The position numbers and the translations under genes are program-made. A DNA stretch of 64,000 nucleotides, taken from positions 356,924 through 420,923 of the forward strand of contig JAAOMT010000514.1 in NCBI GenBank assembly GCA_016748015.1, read 5' to 3'. Below the pieces are notes generated by a model. That model had not been told where the DNA came from. It saw only the letters and a program-made list of their open reading frames with translations, and did no database searches. This DNA comes from Geosiphon pyriformis uo1 (Eukaryota; Fungi; Glomeromycota). Each line of letters starts with the position of its first letter. Within the stretch, counting starts at the first letter, position 1. This document shows positions 10,567 through 24,319 of this stretch, one piece after another.

Positions 10567-11158
10567 ATATCTTTTTATTTTGTAAAATTATTTATATTTT
10601 GTAAAATTATTTATATTTTTTATGTTATATGTAATAATTTTTTATATTAACTGGTTATTATAAAAAAAAACCAGTTCTAAAATACCAAAAGTTTAATTTT
10701 ATTAAAATTAACTTAACAAAATCTTTTAAAACTAATATGTTAATTTTTAAATTACTAATCTTAATAGTAAAAATCTTTAAATTATTTGTATTTAAAAATA
10801 AAAAACTATTAATATTATTATAAATATATAATAATTAAAAACATATTTAGTTTATTAAAAACTAATAAAAAAAATACAAAATAAATTTAATTTGCAAAAA
10901 ATCTTAGAAATTTGGTTAAATAAAAGTTTTAAAAATATTTTAACATATTTAAATAAACTTTTAAAAAAAAATTATTAATATAAAAAATTAATAAAACACA
11001 AAGCATTTTTTTAAAAACTCTTTCTCTCCTTCGTCCCAAATTCCTGAAAAAAAATCATATTTTGAAAGTAGTTTTTTGTTTTTTACTTGCTGTACATCAA
11101 CATTTCTCTTACAAATAATTCTTTTTTTGTGGACTTGGAAGCTGCTTCTGGCAGTAGT

Positions 11159-13035
11159 ATGTCGAATAAGAAAGCTCTTGTTGGTGCTTCTTCTGGTTCT
11201 GTCAGTGGTCCCTCCTCTCAAAAAAAAAGAGTTTTCCTTCGCCATATGAATCAGTCTGGTGATAGAAATAAAGCTGCTTTGGCCAAATCTCATTCTGGTG
11301 GGAGTCAATACTTGGATATGGAAAGTAATTCTGGTAACAGTGTTGCTGGTGGCATTTTGGCTGGTGGTGATGATGGGTCTCTTCTTGGCTTGGCTACAAC
11401 AACTCCTAAGGCAAAGAGAGTTAAGAATGATTTGGACTGTGGCTCCCCTCTTGGTTTGTTAGATTACAATATGAATGATGATGATGGTGGTCTTCTCCCC
11501 CCTCCTCTTGGTATTCCTTTAGAAAAAATGTGGTTGGATTCCAAAATTGTTAAATCTCAAGTAGAAGTTGCTGTTAGGAAGTTCTTTGCATTAGATATTA
11601 ATCTCTCATCTGTGGAAGACAAATCGGCGACTGCAAAAACTCAATTGGTCAGGAAATTGTTTTCAAAAATCAATGGTTTTGGGGGGGCCACTACCCCTTC
11701 AAAATTTGAAGGAATCATCAGATCGACATTTACTTTATCAGAGAGCATGGAAAAGGCCGCATCATTGGCCAAGGTAAATAAATCATAGTAAACAGCGATC
11801 TTAAGAGACAAGGAATTCACTCGAATCGGGCTGTAGTAATCAAGAAAATTCTCATGGATACGCCAAAGGAAATGATCATTGCCGCAGTATCCGAGTATGA
11901 TCAGATTGTGTCTATCAAAGTTCAGTTGATTGGACTGTGGCAGAAGACTGTGGTGGAGTTTGCTGAATCTAGCCAGACTAATCTGTTGGCGTCAAAATAG
12001 TCTTTCCTAATTGGGAAAAATTCTGTGCGTGTGGCCAAGACTGTGGAAGATTGTAAGATATGGGCTTTTAGGGATCAATTCAGAGCACTTCTGTTTACTT
12101 TGCCAATGGGAATGACAGCTCATGATCTTGGGAATCTTTTAGAAGGGGCTGGTGGGAAAACTTGTGTCATCAATTGCTCATTGGAAACTGGCAACAGAAT
12201 ACACTGTGCTGTGGTATGTTTTGAATCTGATGAAGCTATGGAATCAGCTTTTCACACGGAGCCAATTTTTGGTGGAGTGAAACTCTCATGGGCTAGGTTG
12301 GATTTGGTTCGCTGTGGATGGTATGGGAAGTTCGGTTATTCTGCCTTGGAATGTGATGCTGAGGTTGCATTAGCTTCTCAGTTACCCAAGTCATTTAAAA
12401 AACCTGCTAACCTAGATACTTGTCTCCAGTTGGCCAAATTATATGCCAAAAAAAAGGTTCTGATCTCTCATCCTGTCACTTTTGGAGACAAATCCTGGGC
12501 CTAAGTGGTCTCAGTTGCTTCGGTCTCTCATGGTTCTCTTGATGGCTCTGGTTCTGGTTCTCTGCTCTTTGGTGCTTCGAGTTCTGATGGTATTCCTTCC
12601 TCTCTCTCTATGGTCGATGCCCCCTTGGGTGCATGTTTGGCACATCTGAAATGCTCTGTAGAGCTTTTATCTGATCAAATTTTGAACATTCTTCTTTGTT
12701 TTGACAATCTCAGTTTGGTGCCTTTAGTTCCTCCTTCTAATATGGTTCCTCTGGTAAATACTCCTCAACCATTCATCTCTGGTTCTTTTATGGTGGTTAA
12801 CTCTGACTTGGATTTCAACATGGTGTTGGACGTTCCTTTGACTCAATCCATTTCTTTTTCTTCTGGCGATGATGTTTCTCAATTGGGTCATAGCAGTTCC
12901 AAGGTGCTGACTTCTAAAATTGGTGTTTTAGAATCGAAGTTGGTTGCTCTTGATGCCTCCATTGGTTCGATTTTGGTGAAGTTAGAGCAGATGTGTGCTG
13001 GTTCGGGTCCTCTGGTCCTCTCCTCATCTCAATAA
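11159..13035 (+). pseudogene. LINE ORF1 (RRM-like domains, degenerate zinc knuckle, C-terminal coiled-coil-like region)
   Basis: ORFs 11087, 12025 and 12505; RCGWYGKFGYSALEC = decayed CX2CX4HX4C; start codon uncertain. Confidence 0.85.
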
Positions 13036-16000
13036 CCAGTTATGTTTGGAAAATTGCCATGTGCAATGTTAGGGGTATAAACAATCCTGCAAAACAGGAG
13101 GATATTATTTGTTGACATAAAGAAATGAACAATATGATTTCAATTGTTACTGAGACTAAGTTGAAAGATGGGGTTTGCTCTTGGATTATGAACAAGTTTG
13201 TTGGCGTTCGGGTTTTTACTTCTGGTTTGAGTTCTGGTCACATGGGTTCTGGGGTTGCAATCATTATGAACAATTTTTTGGCTTGGCATATGTGTAAGGT
13301 TTTAGACATTCCTGGCCGGTTTCTTTCTATTAAGCTTCTCTTCAAAAATAAACTGTCTGTGTCAATTTTGGGGCTATATGCTGGATCATCTTTGGCAGTA
13401 CGTTTTTCTCAGGTGGGTGATGTCAATTTTTTGATTGCAAGGGCAGTAAATGAGTCTTCCTTCATCATCTTGGGTGGTAACTTCAATGAAGATGGTTCTC
13501 GCAAAAGTGCCAGCTTAAAAAAATGCTTTGATTTGGGTTTGGTTAACTCTTTGAGTAGAAGCTTGTTTGGAAAGGAGGCTATGTGAAACAATTCTCATGG
13601 AGTGGCTAAAATTATTAATTATGTGTTTGTGTCATCAAGTCTTGTTAATACAATTTTGGATCATGATGTATCTGGTGTCAAAGAGTATTTTGACACTGAT
13701 CATAAAGCTGTTTCTGTCTCCATGGGTCTTGGTGGTTTGCTGGATGTGCAGTTAAACTCATTGTGCAATCAAGCGAATAAGGATTGTTGGAAGTACAATT
13801 TTGTGAATGCTGGTGACGCCAATTGGATCAAGTTTAAAGAGGATACTTTGGCGAATGCTGCCATGTTCCATGATGAATTTTATGCTGCCAAGATATGTTT
13901 GGATCTGGACACAATGTGAAGTCACCTTCACCAAGTGGTGTGTTTGTTGGCTGAGAACGTTTTCAAAAAAAATGGTTTAAGAGTTTTGACAATGTCTATA
14001 ATAGAGTATCATCCAGATTTCATAAATTAGAGCTTTTGGTGTCGAAGATTGTCAAAGCCTCTCGTCTGGTCTCTTGTGAGGAATTTGTTTCTTTACTTGA
14101 CACATGGAAGGGTATTGATACTGCGAATGCTTCTGTTGTGGAGTCTCTCTTTCTTTCGGGTTCTCATTTTGATACCATTTGTTCAGCTTTGGCCAAGATA
14201 AGAAAATCTTACCATTCATCTAAGTTGTCAGAATCAAACCATGCCAACAAATCTCAGATTAAGTCGGCAATTGACAAAAGAATAGAGAGTTTTGAGTTGA
14301 ACAAAAGTCATACTGTATGTAGTGTTTTAGAGCGACCCTTCTGCAAGGTGGTTTTGGATCATTTGGTGGTGGGGAATGAGCTGGTGTTGGATCCTGCTCT
14401 TGTGAAGTCTAAGGTGGATGAGATTATGGTAAGCTGGACTAGAAAGCGAAGGGTGGTGCTCAACATTAATGATGAGTGGTCTTGCCAGTATCATCCTTTG
14501 GATTATGTTTTCGACAAAGCTTTTTCTAGTGTAATGGGTTTGATCAACTTCGATGAATTGTTTGGGGTTGTTTCCAACCTGCCGGATGGCAAAGCTGCTG
14601 GCCTTTCAGGTATCTCAAATGAATTTTGGAAACATTGCGATATTTCAGTCCTTAATATGCTCTTGGTGCTTTTGAACTCTTGCCTATCTAAGGAAGCTGT
14701 CCCTGGTCCTTGGAGAGAAGCTTGGGTTTCGATGATTCCCAAACCGTATGAATGGGAGGGTGTTCTTACAAATACTTGTCCTATTGCACTGATTGAGACA
14801 GCTCACAAGATTCTCTCCAAAATACTCTCAGACAGGATTTCTTCAGCATGCAGCACTCATGATGTCCTTTGTGGTAATAATTTTTCAGTTTTGAAAGGTA
14901 TGACGACACAGTCCCCCATTTTTCCAGTTGGTTTGGTTGTTGAGGATGCCCTGGAAAAGAACCGAGAGCTTTGGCTGGTCTTGCAGGATATGAGGAAGGC
15001 GTATGATTCTATTGGCTGGGAGTATTTGGAGAAGTGTTTGGTCAGAATTAAAATGTGCGACAAGTTTATTCGGTTTTTTGGCGGCATTCACAGAGATTGC
15101 ACTAATCGAGTCATGACAGATTTTGGTTTGACAGATGGTTATCGTGTCCATGATGGTTTAGATCAAGGGGAGGTCTTTTCCCTCCTTCTGTGGTGCATTT
15201 TTTATGATCCCTTTTTGTGTGAAGTCAAGCGTCAGGAGAGTATCTGTGGGTATAGGCTAATTTCTCATTTTGTTTTCAAGAGTAGTCATGTCGAATCGCA
15301 AGCTGGGCTTTCTTTCTATTTTGCCGCTGGTGCCTTTGTTGATGATACAATTTGGGTAGACAGTAGTCAGAGTGCTACTCAACACATTTTGGACGTTGCT
15401 AGTGAGTTTTTTCGGATTAATGACATCTCAATAAACAATGACAAGACAGTAGCTATTCCTATCAATTGTAAAGTTGGAAATCCCACTTTTTTCATTAGTG
15501 GTTTGCCTATCTCTGTTGCCAAAAAGGGTGAATCCCATTAGTATCTGGGCATATTTCTGTCAACTGATGGCCTTTCCAAACCCAGTTTAGCTAAGGCGCA
15601 TTCAGACGTTTGTTTCTTTACAAATTTGGTTCTAAAAAAAGCTATCTCAAATAAGCAGTTTTTATATTTGGTTTCAGCAGTTCTCCAACCTATAATTAGC
15701 TACAGGACACAATTTAGCTTTGTTCCTATAGGCATTTGCAACAAGTGAGATGCTATGATTCATAAGGGTCTGAAGCTCAAATCTGGACTTCCACTTGATT
15801 TTCCTGGTGATTCGATTCACCACCTCTCCTTTTATGGTTTGAGATCTTTCCTGCAGATTCAGTCTGAAGGCAAGGTTGCTTCTCTTATTAATTTTGCCAA
15901 CGCTGGTGAGATTGTGGGATGTTTGTTCTTTCATAGGTTTCATGACCTGCAGGTTTTATGTTGGCACCCTATTCATCCATTGAGTTTTCCTGTTCGCATT

Positions 16001-17719
16001 TGTGTTAGCACCTCTAATAATTTTTTGGTGGATATGGTTTGCGTGCTTTATATTTGCAAATTGTCTTTGGGTGGATCCTTTACCAATTCTTTTCATGCCA
16101 ATAGTGGGATGCCCATGTCAACTGTTTTGGGTAAATCAGTTTTCTCTAGATGTCTCCCTTCACTTCAGTGGTATGGTGTGGCCTTTGTAGACCAACTTTG
16201 TGATCATTATGGTACTGTCTTTGATTGGTCCACATTTAAGTGATGGAAGAAACTGGACCCCCGTGGCCCTATTCCTGAGTGGTTCAGACTTTCTGCTATG
16301 TTTCTTGCTGGTGAGGATTCCTCTTCTGTCCGCATCCCTTTTTTTGCTAATATTGGTCCCTTGAACATTTTGGATTCCTTTGGTTTTGTGTCTGTCTGTG
16401 ATCGTCTTTCGCAAGTCAATGCAAGGGTACTATTGGTCTACACTGATGGATCATTGAGAAATTTGGGTACAGTTGGCTGTGAAGTGGGTGCTGCGGTCTT
16501 TTTCGAGGACATTGGTATGGGTTTGGGTGTTGGCGTGTCTGGGTTGATGTCATCTACTATGGTTGAATTATAGGCAATTGCGTTGGCTCTCGAGTGTGTT
16601 CCTGTTTTTAGTAATGTTTATTTATTTTTGGATAGTCAGTCTGCATTGGATGCTTGCAAATCGGAATTGGGTCTGGTGGTTCCTGATTTCCGTAATTGGT
16701 GTTGGGTTGAGCATCGGCACATTGCCAATGTCATTTACAGTAAGAGCTTTAAAGTTAACTGGCACAAAGTCAAAAGTCATTCTGGGATTTTGGGGAACAA
16801 GCATGCTGATGTAATTGCTGGTGCTGTTTCTGTTTCTGACTGGTTTCTTCCATCTTGTCTGGATGAACACTTTTTGATGGCTGATGGCAACGTTGTCTCT
16901 GGCAATTCAAGGCACTTCGTCTGTGACACTTTTTGTGCCATGTGTCATGTGCGTTGGGAGGTGGGGTCTGGTTCTAAATTTTTGCCTGTCGACTTGTGTG
17001 CTGATGTTAATTGGTCCCGCTCTTCTTTGGTGTGGCATCCTGATTTGCATATGGCCACCGGTTTTACTAGCAAAATTTTGGCTAATGCGCGCTCTTATTT
17101 TATGAAGGTTTTGCATCATTGCTTGCCTGTGGCTGTTTGAAAATGACTTTATAATAGATTTTATTCCAGTGTATTGTGTCTATATTGTGGTGAGGTAGAG
17201 GTGTCAGATCATGTTTTTTCTTGTAAAGTCGATAATTCTGCTTGGCGTCGGTTGTTGGATTCTCACATGAATGCTTGGAAAACACTTTCTGGTTCTTCTG
17301 TCTCTTCTTCAGTTTTGTTGCAGTTGTTGTTGTCTTGTGTTTCAGGGTTTTCAGTGTCCATGGCTTTCCATAAGGGTTTTGTTTTTGATAAATAGTTCAG
17401 TGAAGCTGTCTCCGTCTTCCATAATCCCAAGGTGGCATGTTTGAAGGTTGTTAATTTTGTGCGTTCTCTTGGCCTTGCTTTTAGAAATGAGATCTGGTTG
17501 GTTTGGGCCAAACACCATGCCTACATGGAAAAGCACAGAATGATTCCTTTAGATGGTTCATCTCCTATTTTGGTATCTGGTTTGATTTCACGGCTTTCTG
17601 CTGGTGTGGTTGATTTGCTTGGTATTGATGAAGCTTTTGGTGTGCATTTTGGTTTTCACAAGTCTTGTATGTTTTTTTCTGGCATTGGTGACTCGGCTTC
17701 TGTCTATATAGCTGCATAG
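13032..17719 (+). pseudogene. LINE ORF2: AP endonuclease, reverse transcriptase, RNase H, C-terminal CCHC
   Basis: CNVRGI, TETKL, LGGNFN, TDHKAV (APE); PIALIE, LQDMRKAYDS, GLDQG, FVDD (RT); VYTDGS, LDSQSA, KVKSHSG..GNKHAD (RNH); CLYCGEVEVSDHVFSC. Confidence 0.95.
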
Positions 17720-18020
17720 TGTTGTCCTGACTGGCCCAAGTGGCTGGTCACATGTAGAAAGTGCATGATTCACGCCTAGTTTAGATTATTTCTTTGATGT
17801 ATAGTGCTAGGTTGTGTGTGGACCTTACTCGTTAAATAAAAAAAAATAAAAAAAATTAATAAAATTAGTTAACAAAAAATCATTATAAAATATACTAAAT
17901 AAAATATTAAACTAATTATTATTAATTATTTAAGCTTATAAAATACTATTAAATTAAGTAATTAAACTGTTTTTTTTGGCATAAATAGCAAAAAATCTGT
18001 ATTTATTTAAATTTAAAAAA

Positions 18021-21000
18021 GATTATCTGGTAGTTGATAATGAACTAATTCTGGAATCTGATTTGGTCAAGTTTAAGGTAGATGTGATCATAGAGAGTTG
18101 GACTAGAAAGTATAGAGTAGTAGATGATATTTCTGGTAACTGGTATTATTAATATTAACTTTTAAAGTATGTTTTTGATGAAGCTTTTTCTGGTGTCATG
18201 TATTCAATTAAATTTAATGAATTGTTTGAAGTGGTTTCTAATTTGTCTGATAGCAAAGGTGCTGGTCTTTCAAATATATTAAATGAGTTTTGAAAGTGTT
18301 GTGATAAGACAGTCTTGGATATGCTTCTGGTGCTTTTGAATTTTTGTTTGTCTGGTAAATTGGTGCTCAGCTTTTGAAAGAAGGCTTGGGTCTTAATAAT
18401 TCCCAAACTATATGAATAGAAGGGTGTTCTGACAAATACCCATCCTATTGTTTTAATTGAAACAGCTTGTAAAATTCTTTTCAAGATTCTCTCTGACAGG
18501 ATTTCTTTGGCATGTAGCACTTTTGATGTTCTTTGTAAGAACAATTTTTTGGTTTTAAAGGGTATGACAACTTAGTCTCCTATTTTTGCAATTGGTTTGG
18601 TTATTGAGAATGCTTTGGAAAAGGACTGGGAGCTTTGACTAGTTTTATAAAACATGTGGAAAGCATACAATTCAGTTGACTGGAAGCATTTTGAGAAGAG
18701 TTTGGTCAGAATTAAAATGTATGGCAAGTTCATTTGATTTTTCAGTGGTATTCATAAAGATCACACCAATTGAGTTATAACAGATTTTGGTTTGATGAAT
18801 AGTTATCATGTGCACAATAGTCTGGATTAGGGAAAAGTATTTTTTTCTCTTCTGTGGTGCATATTTTATGATTCTCTATTGTGTGAAGTCAAGTGTCAAG
18901 AGAGTGTGTGTGAGTATAGATTGAATTCTTATTTTATTTCCAAAAGTAGTCATGCTGAATTTTAAACTGAACTTTTTTCTTTTTTTGCTGCTGGTGCTTT
19001 TGTTGATAATACAATTTGGGTTGGTAACAGTCAGAGTACTACCCAACATATTCTCAATGTAGCTGGTGAATTTTTTCAGATCAATAACATTTCAATCAAT
19101 AATAACAAGACAATGGCCATTTCTATTAATAGCAGAGTCAGCAATTTTTCTTTTTCTATTAGTGGCTCACCAATCTTTATTACAAAAAAAGATGAATCTC
19201 ATTAGTATTTGGGTATTTTTCTTTCAACTAAAGATTTCTTGAAGCCTAGTTTGGCTAAGACAAATTCAGATGTTCATTTTTTCACCAATCTGGTCCTGAA
19301 AAAGACTATCTTGGATAAGCAGCTTTTGTATTTGGTGTTAGTGGTTTTCTATTCTATAGTCAGCTATAGGATGCAGTTTAGTTTTATTTCTGTTAGTGTG
19401 TGCAACAAGTAGAATGCTCTAATTCATAAAAACTTGAAACTTAAATCTGGTCTACCACTTAACTTTCCTAGTGATACAATTCACCACCCTTTTTTTTATG
19501 GTTTAAAATCTTTCTTACAAGTTCAGTTTGAGAGTAAAGTTGCTTCTTTTGTTAGTTTTGTGAATTCTGGTGGAGTTTTGGATCACTTGTTTTTTTACAG
19601 ATCTCATGACCTACAAGTTCTGTATTGATACCCTGTTTATCTATTAAGTTCTTCTGTTCATATTTGTGTCAGTATTTTTAATAACTTTCTGGTGGGCATG
19701 GTTCATATTTTTCTTGATTGCAATTTGTTCCTGAGTGGCTCTTTGGCCAGTTTCTTTTAGTTTCATGATGGGATTTTTATGTCTGCTGTTCTGGACAAGT
19801 CAAGATTTCTTAAGTTTCTCTCTTCTCTCCATCAGTATAGTGTAGCTTTTGTAAATCAACTTTGTAATAGTTATAGTGCTGTCTTTAATTGGTGTACTTT
19901 CAGGTGGTGAAAAAAACTAGACTTTCATGATCCTGTTCCTGAGTGGTTCAAGATTTCTGCAATATTTTTCAATAGTGTGGCTTCCTCTTCTGCTTGTTCC
20001 TTGGTTTTGAGTGGAGTTGGTTTTTTGAACATTTTTAACTCTAGTAATTTTGTATCTGTTTGCAACCATTTCTCTCAGGTTGGTTCTAGTAGTTTATCCG
20101 TGTATACAGATAAGTCTCTGAAGGATTTGGGCACAGTTGGCTGTAAAGCTGGTGCTGCCACTTTTTTCAAGAACATTGATTTAGATTTGGGCATAGGTAT
20201 ATTAGGTTTGATGTTATCAACTATGGTGGAATTACAGGCTATTGTGTTGGTCTTGAAGTGTGTTTTCTTATCTAGCTCTGTTTATTTGTTTTCAGATAAT
20301 CAATTTGCTTTGGATGCTTGTAAGTTAAAATTGGGTCTGATGTATCCTGACTTTTACAATCAGTATTGAATTGAGTGTCAGCATATTGTTAATATCATTC
20401 ATAGTAAAAATTTGAGGATTAGTTGGCACAAAGTAAAGGATCACTCTGGTGTTTTGGAGAATAAGCATGCTAATGTGATTGCTGGTGCTGCCTCTCTCTC
20501 TGGTTGGCGTTTTTCTTCTCGCTTGGATAAACACTTTATAGTGGCTGATGGTAGTGTTGTTTCTGGCAATTCTAGACATTTTGTATGTAATGTTTATTGT
20601 TTGGTTTGTCATGCACACTGGGAGGTTGATTCTAATTCCAAGTTTTTGACAAGTAATTTGCTTTTTGAGGTCAATTGGCTTCACTTGTTGCTGGTGTGAC
20701 ATCCTAACTTGCATATAGCTACTGGTTTTACCAGCAAGCTCTTGGCTAGTACATGCACTTATTTTATAAAAGTTTTGTATCATCGACTGCCTGTTGCCAT
20801 TCAAAAGCACCTTTATAACAAACATTATTCTAGTGTATTGTGTTTGTATTGTGGTAATATGGAAGTATTAGATCATGTGTTTTTTTGTAAGATCAATGAT
20901 TCTACTAGACATCAAATATTGGAATCTTATATGGCTTCATGGAAAATTCTTTCTGATTTTCTTACTTCTCTTCAAGTATGCTACAGCTATTGTTATCTTG

Positions 21001-21500
21001 TGTTTCTGATTCTTCTGTATTCATGGCTTTTTATAAGAGTTTTGTTTTTGATGATTGGTTTTGCAAGACTATTTCCATCTTCTGCAATCCCAAGATTGCC
21101 AGTTTGGAAGTTGTCAAATTTGTGCACTCTTTTGGTTTTGCCTTTAGGAATAATATTTGGATGGTTCATGTTAAATATTGTGTTTATATAGAGAAAACTG
21201 GATTGATTCTATTGGATGGTTTGACTTTTGTGTCAATTTCTGGTTTGGTATTGGAATTTTCTGCTGGTATGATTAAATTGCTTGGCATTACTGAAGCTTT
21301 TAGTGTTTATTTTAAGTTCCACAAATTTTGTTTATTTTTCTGTTTCAGTTTATATAGCTGTATAGTATTGTTCTGATTGGCTTGAGTGGCTGGTTATGTG
21401 TAGAAAGTGCATAATTCATGCCTAGTTTAGATTATTTCTTTGATGTATAACACTAAGTAGTGTTTGGATTTCATTTATTAAATAATAATAATAATAAAAA
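18021..21500 (+). mobile_element. 5'-truncated LINE of the same group (RT-RNase H-CCHC-3'UTR), more decayed
   Basis: Collinear with ~14357-17840; same 3'UTR; (AAT)n/A tail. Confidence 0.92.
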
Positions 21501-21961
21501 GATTTTTAGTTTTAATTTTAAAAATTAATAAGATATTAAATACAAAAAAAATATAATCAAATTTTTTATATATAAAACATAAAAATAATCTTATTAATCT
21601 ATTTTAAATTAGAATTTTTAAGAATTAAAATTACAACTAATATTATTAAATAATTTTTGGTTTTAAAACAAATAATTATATATTTAATCTGTATATATAT
21701 AATCAAATAATAATTAATTATATATGTTTTTCTATTAATTAAGCTTAAAATTTTTTACAAATTATATATAGTTATTCTATAAACAAAATATAAAATAAAA
21801 CTTTATATTTATTTTTGGTATTTTATAATAATTTGTTAATATTAATTTTGTTATTTAAACTATATCTTTCTTAATCAAAATAAACTATTTAAAAACCAAA
21901 AAATTAATTTAATTATAATTAATAAATTTTATTAATATTTTTTATTAGAAGTTTATTAATT

Positions 21962-22470
21962 AAATTTAACAAGCAAGACTTAACTACTATCTAATATACA
22001 AAAACATAAAAGAAAATTCAATTAAATATAGCTTACATGCTTTCTACATGTAACTAGTTACTTGAATCAATTCAGATCATACTAAGTTAATACAATAAAA
22101 GAAAACTTATCCAAAAATAATATTTTTTGAATAACATCAATCAAAGTAACACTATAAGAAACCAATCCAACCAGCCATTTAATTATTTTCAAAAAATCAG
22201 TTTTAATACTAATAGGCTTAACTGACCAAAAAATATCAAGTTAGAAAATATGTTATTATTTATACTTATTAAACACTTCAAATTACCAGACATATTAACA
22301 TTATTTATACAGCATTTTTTTTTTCAAAAAAACCATATTTCTTTCCAACTTACCAACAATTTTGCTAAAAAAACCCAGATAAATTATAAGCTTATTGACC
22401 TTTAAACTAAAAACACTGGTAAAAATAAGATTACCTTTAATAGAATATTCAAATACAATAATCAATACAC
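21962..22470 (-). mobile_element. ORF1-only retroposon copy 2, 3' part (ORF1 C-terminus + LINE-type 3'UTR)
   Basis: Reverse complement of 22035-22085 TAGTATGATCTGAATTGATTCAAGTAACTAGTTACATGTAGAAAG resembles LINE 3'UTR 17717-17761; continues at 42754 across B2. Confidence 0.7.
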
Positions 22471-23422
22471 TGTAACAAGTAATTATTTGGGGTCTCAAAG
22501 CAAATAACAAATCCATAACTTGGTATTTACTAGCTAATTTTGTTGAGTTATATCTAAAGATTTTGGTGTCTAAAGATTTTGGGTTGAGTTTTTTATATAA
22601 TAAACAGAGATTTAAGTTTTTTTTTCTCATAACCTCCCAGAATGTGTTATTTTGTCAAATTTTTTTCTCAATATGGTAACTGGTAATCTGACAAAGATGT
22701 TTTTTTGATAAGCTATCCTTATTTTACATGATTTCTACCCTTGTTCCCTAGGTCTTTTACCAGGCTAACTTTAATGTTAATAATTCAGTGCTTTAATCTT
22801 TAATTAATTAGTAAACAACAATCAAACAAATCAAAGCAATAAAATAAAGAAAATAAAGAGATTAAGCCAAGGCAAGAACAATTAGTATTTCATCAATAAC
22901 CATGATTAAGAACTATTGTTCCAGTGTGATTAAAAATTAGATTTTATTAACATGAAGTGTTGATAAGAAGAAGTTGTGATTAGATCTTTAAACAAACAGT
23001 AATAACATAAATTGGATGATAACAAATGTATTTTTATTTGGTAATTAATAATTTCACTTTTGTTAATAGTAATTATCCTTGAAGTAATTAATGAATAGAT
23101 AGGAATAGAGGTTTTTATTTTTGTAGATGCTTTTCTTGCTTCTAATGCTTCTACTATATATACATAATTCTTTTTACATGAGAAATTTTTTTTTGCTAGA
23201 TTTCCTGTAAAATTTTTGATTTCTTGAAACATTCAAGATTTTCTGAAAAATTCTCAACTTTTCTGAAATATCTTGAATTTTCTGAATAATTCTGAATTTC
23301 CTAAAACATTCAAGATTTTCTGAAAAATTCTTTTTTTTTTTTTTTTATTCTAATTGACTAATTTATAATTATGTGTTTTTTTTTTGATTATGTATTATTT
23401 TTTCTCTTTTTTAAGTGTAACA
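22471..23422 (-). repeat. 3' LTR of B2
   Basis: Collinear with 41824-42753; TGT...ACA termini. Confidence 0.93.
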
Positions 23423-23439
23423 TTATCTTTTCCTTTTAA

Positions 23440-24300
23440 TATTAAGTTCCATCAAAATTTCCTAATATTTCTTTTTGTAATAATTCTATAATTTTCTTTT
23501 TTAAGATTATTTTATCTATTTTTCATGGAGTTCCTCAAACTGGCTGTTGATTATTCTTTCCTATTGATTAATGGATAAGCTACTAATTTTTGGTTATAAT
23601 AGTATCTCTGAATAGTTTTAAAAGATAGTGTATATTTAGTAGATAGTTTTGATGTATATATCCAAATTAGATTTCTTTCTAATAAAGTTTTCTATATCTT
23701 ATATAATCTTTTAATCAAAGACTCTTTTGGTTTGATTCATATACAAATTTTGAATCATTAATTTTTGTCCCAGATGCCAATAGCAATATAAAACTGGAAA
23801 TTGTTCTATCTATTGATTCCAATTTTTTGTTGTCACCTCTTTTGGTTGAACAATAACAGTTGGTTTTTTGAAAGTGCTATTTACTTTCTCAATGATTTTG
23901 TTGATATTATTGTTAATTTCTTTGTGTATTTATTGATATGATGTAGTTTTTTCCTTTTTCTTTTAGTGTTTTTATAGCAGATGGTTTAATGATTGATTAT
24001 TATTTCTATGTTTGTTTGTTGTTAATTTATGATCTGAAATAATTGTTGTGCTAGTTGGTGAATGTGATTTGGAATTTTTATTTTTCTGTTGTTGTTGTTA
24101 CATGCTTTGATTTCTTATATATTGTTTTAATAAATTAGATCAACATGTTTTGTTTCAATATGTATAATTGGTTCCAGATTTCGTGGGATCTTATTTGGTC
24201 TCACTAGTGTTCTTTGTACTTCCAGTTGTGAAATATTATTGGTAAATAATGATGTGTAATAATAAGATTTTAGTCAATTACTATGTGCTGTTTTGGCTAA
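23440..24300 (-). pseudogene. Decayed extra ORF3 of B2
   Basis: Manual translation: IPNHIHQLAQQLFQII...LYCYWHLGQKL...YIKTIY*IYTIF...INSQFEEL; boundaries approximate. Confidence 0.6.
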
Positions 24301-24319
24301 GATTTTGTTGTTTCATTTT

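Larger units (their letters stand above)
10997..17849 (+). mobile_element. Full-length LINE (ORF1 + APE-RT-RNase H-CCHC ORF2), decayed
   Basis: Domain motifs, polyA tail 17834-17849, ~15-bp TSD AAAAAATTAATAAAA at 10982-10996 / 17850-17864. Confidence 0.93.

Noticed and set aside
18001-21530. TSD for the truncated LINE (and for ORF1-only copy 2)
   Set aside because: Flanks are too AT-rich and decayed to call a duplication.
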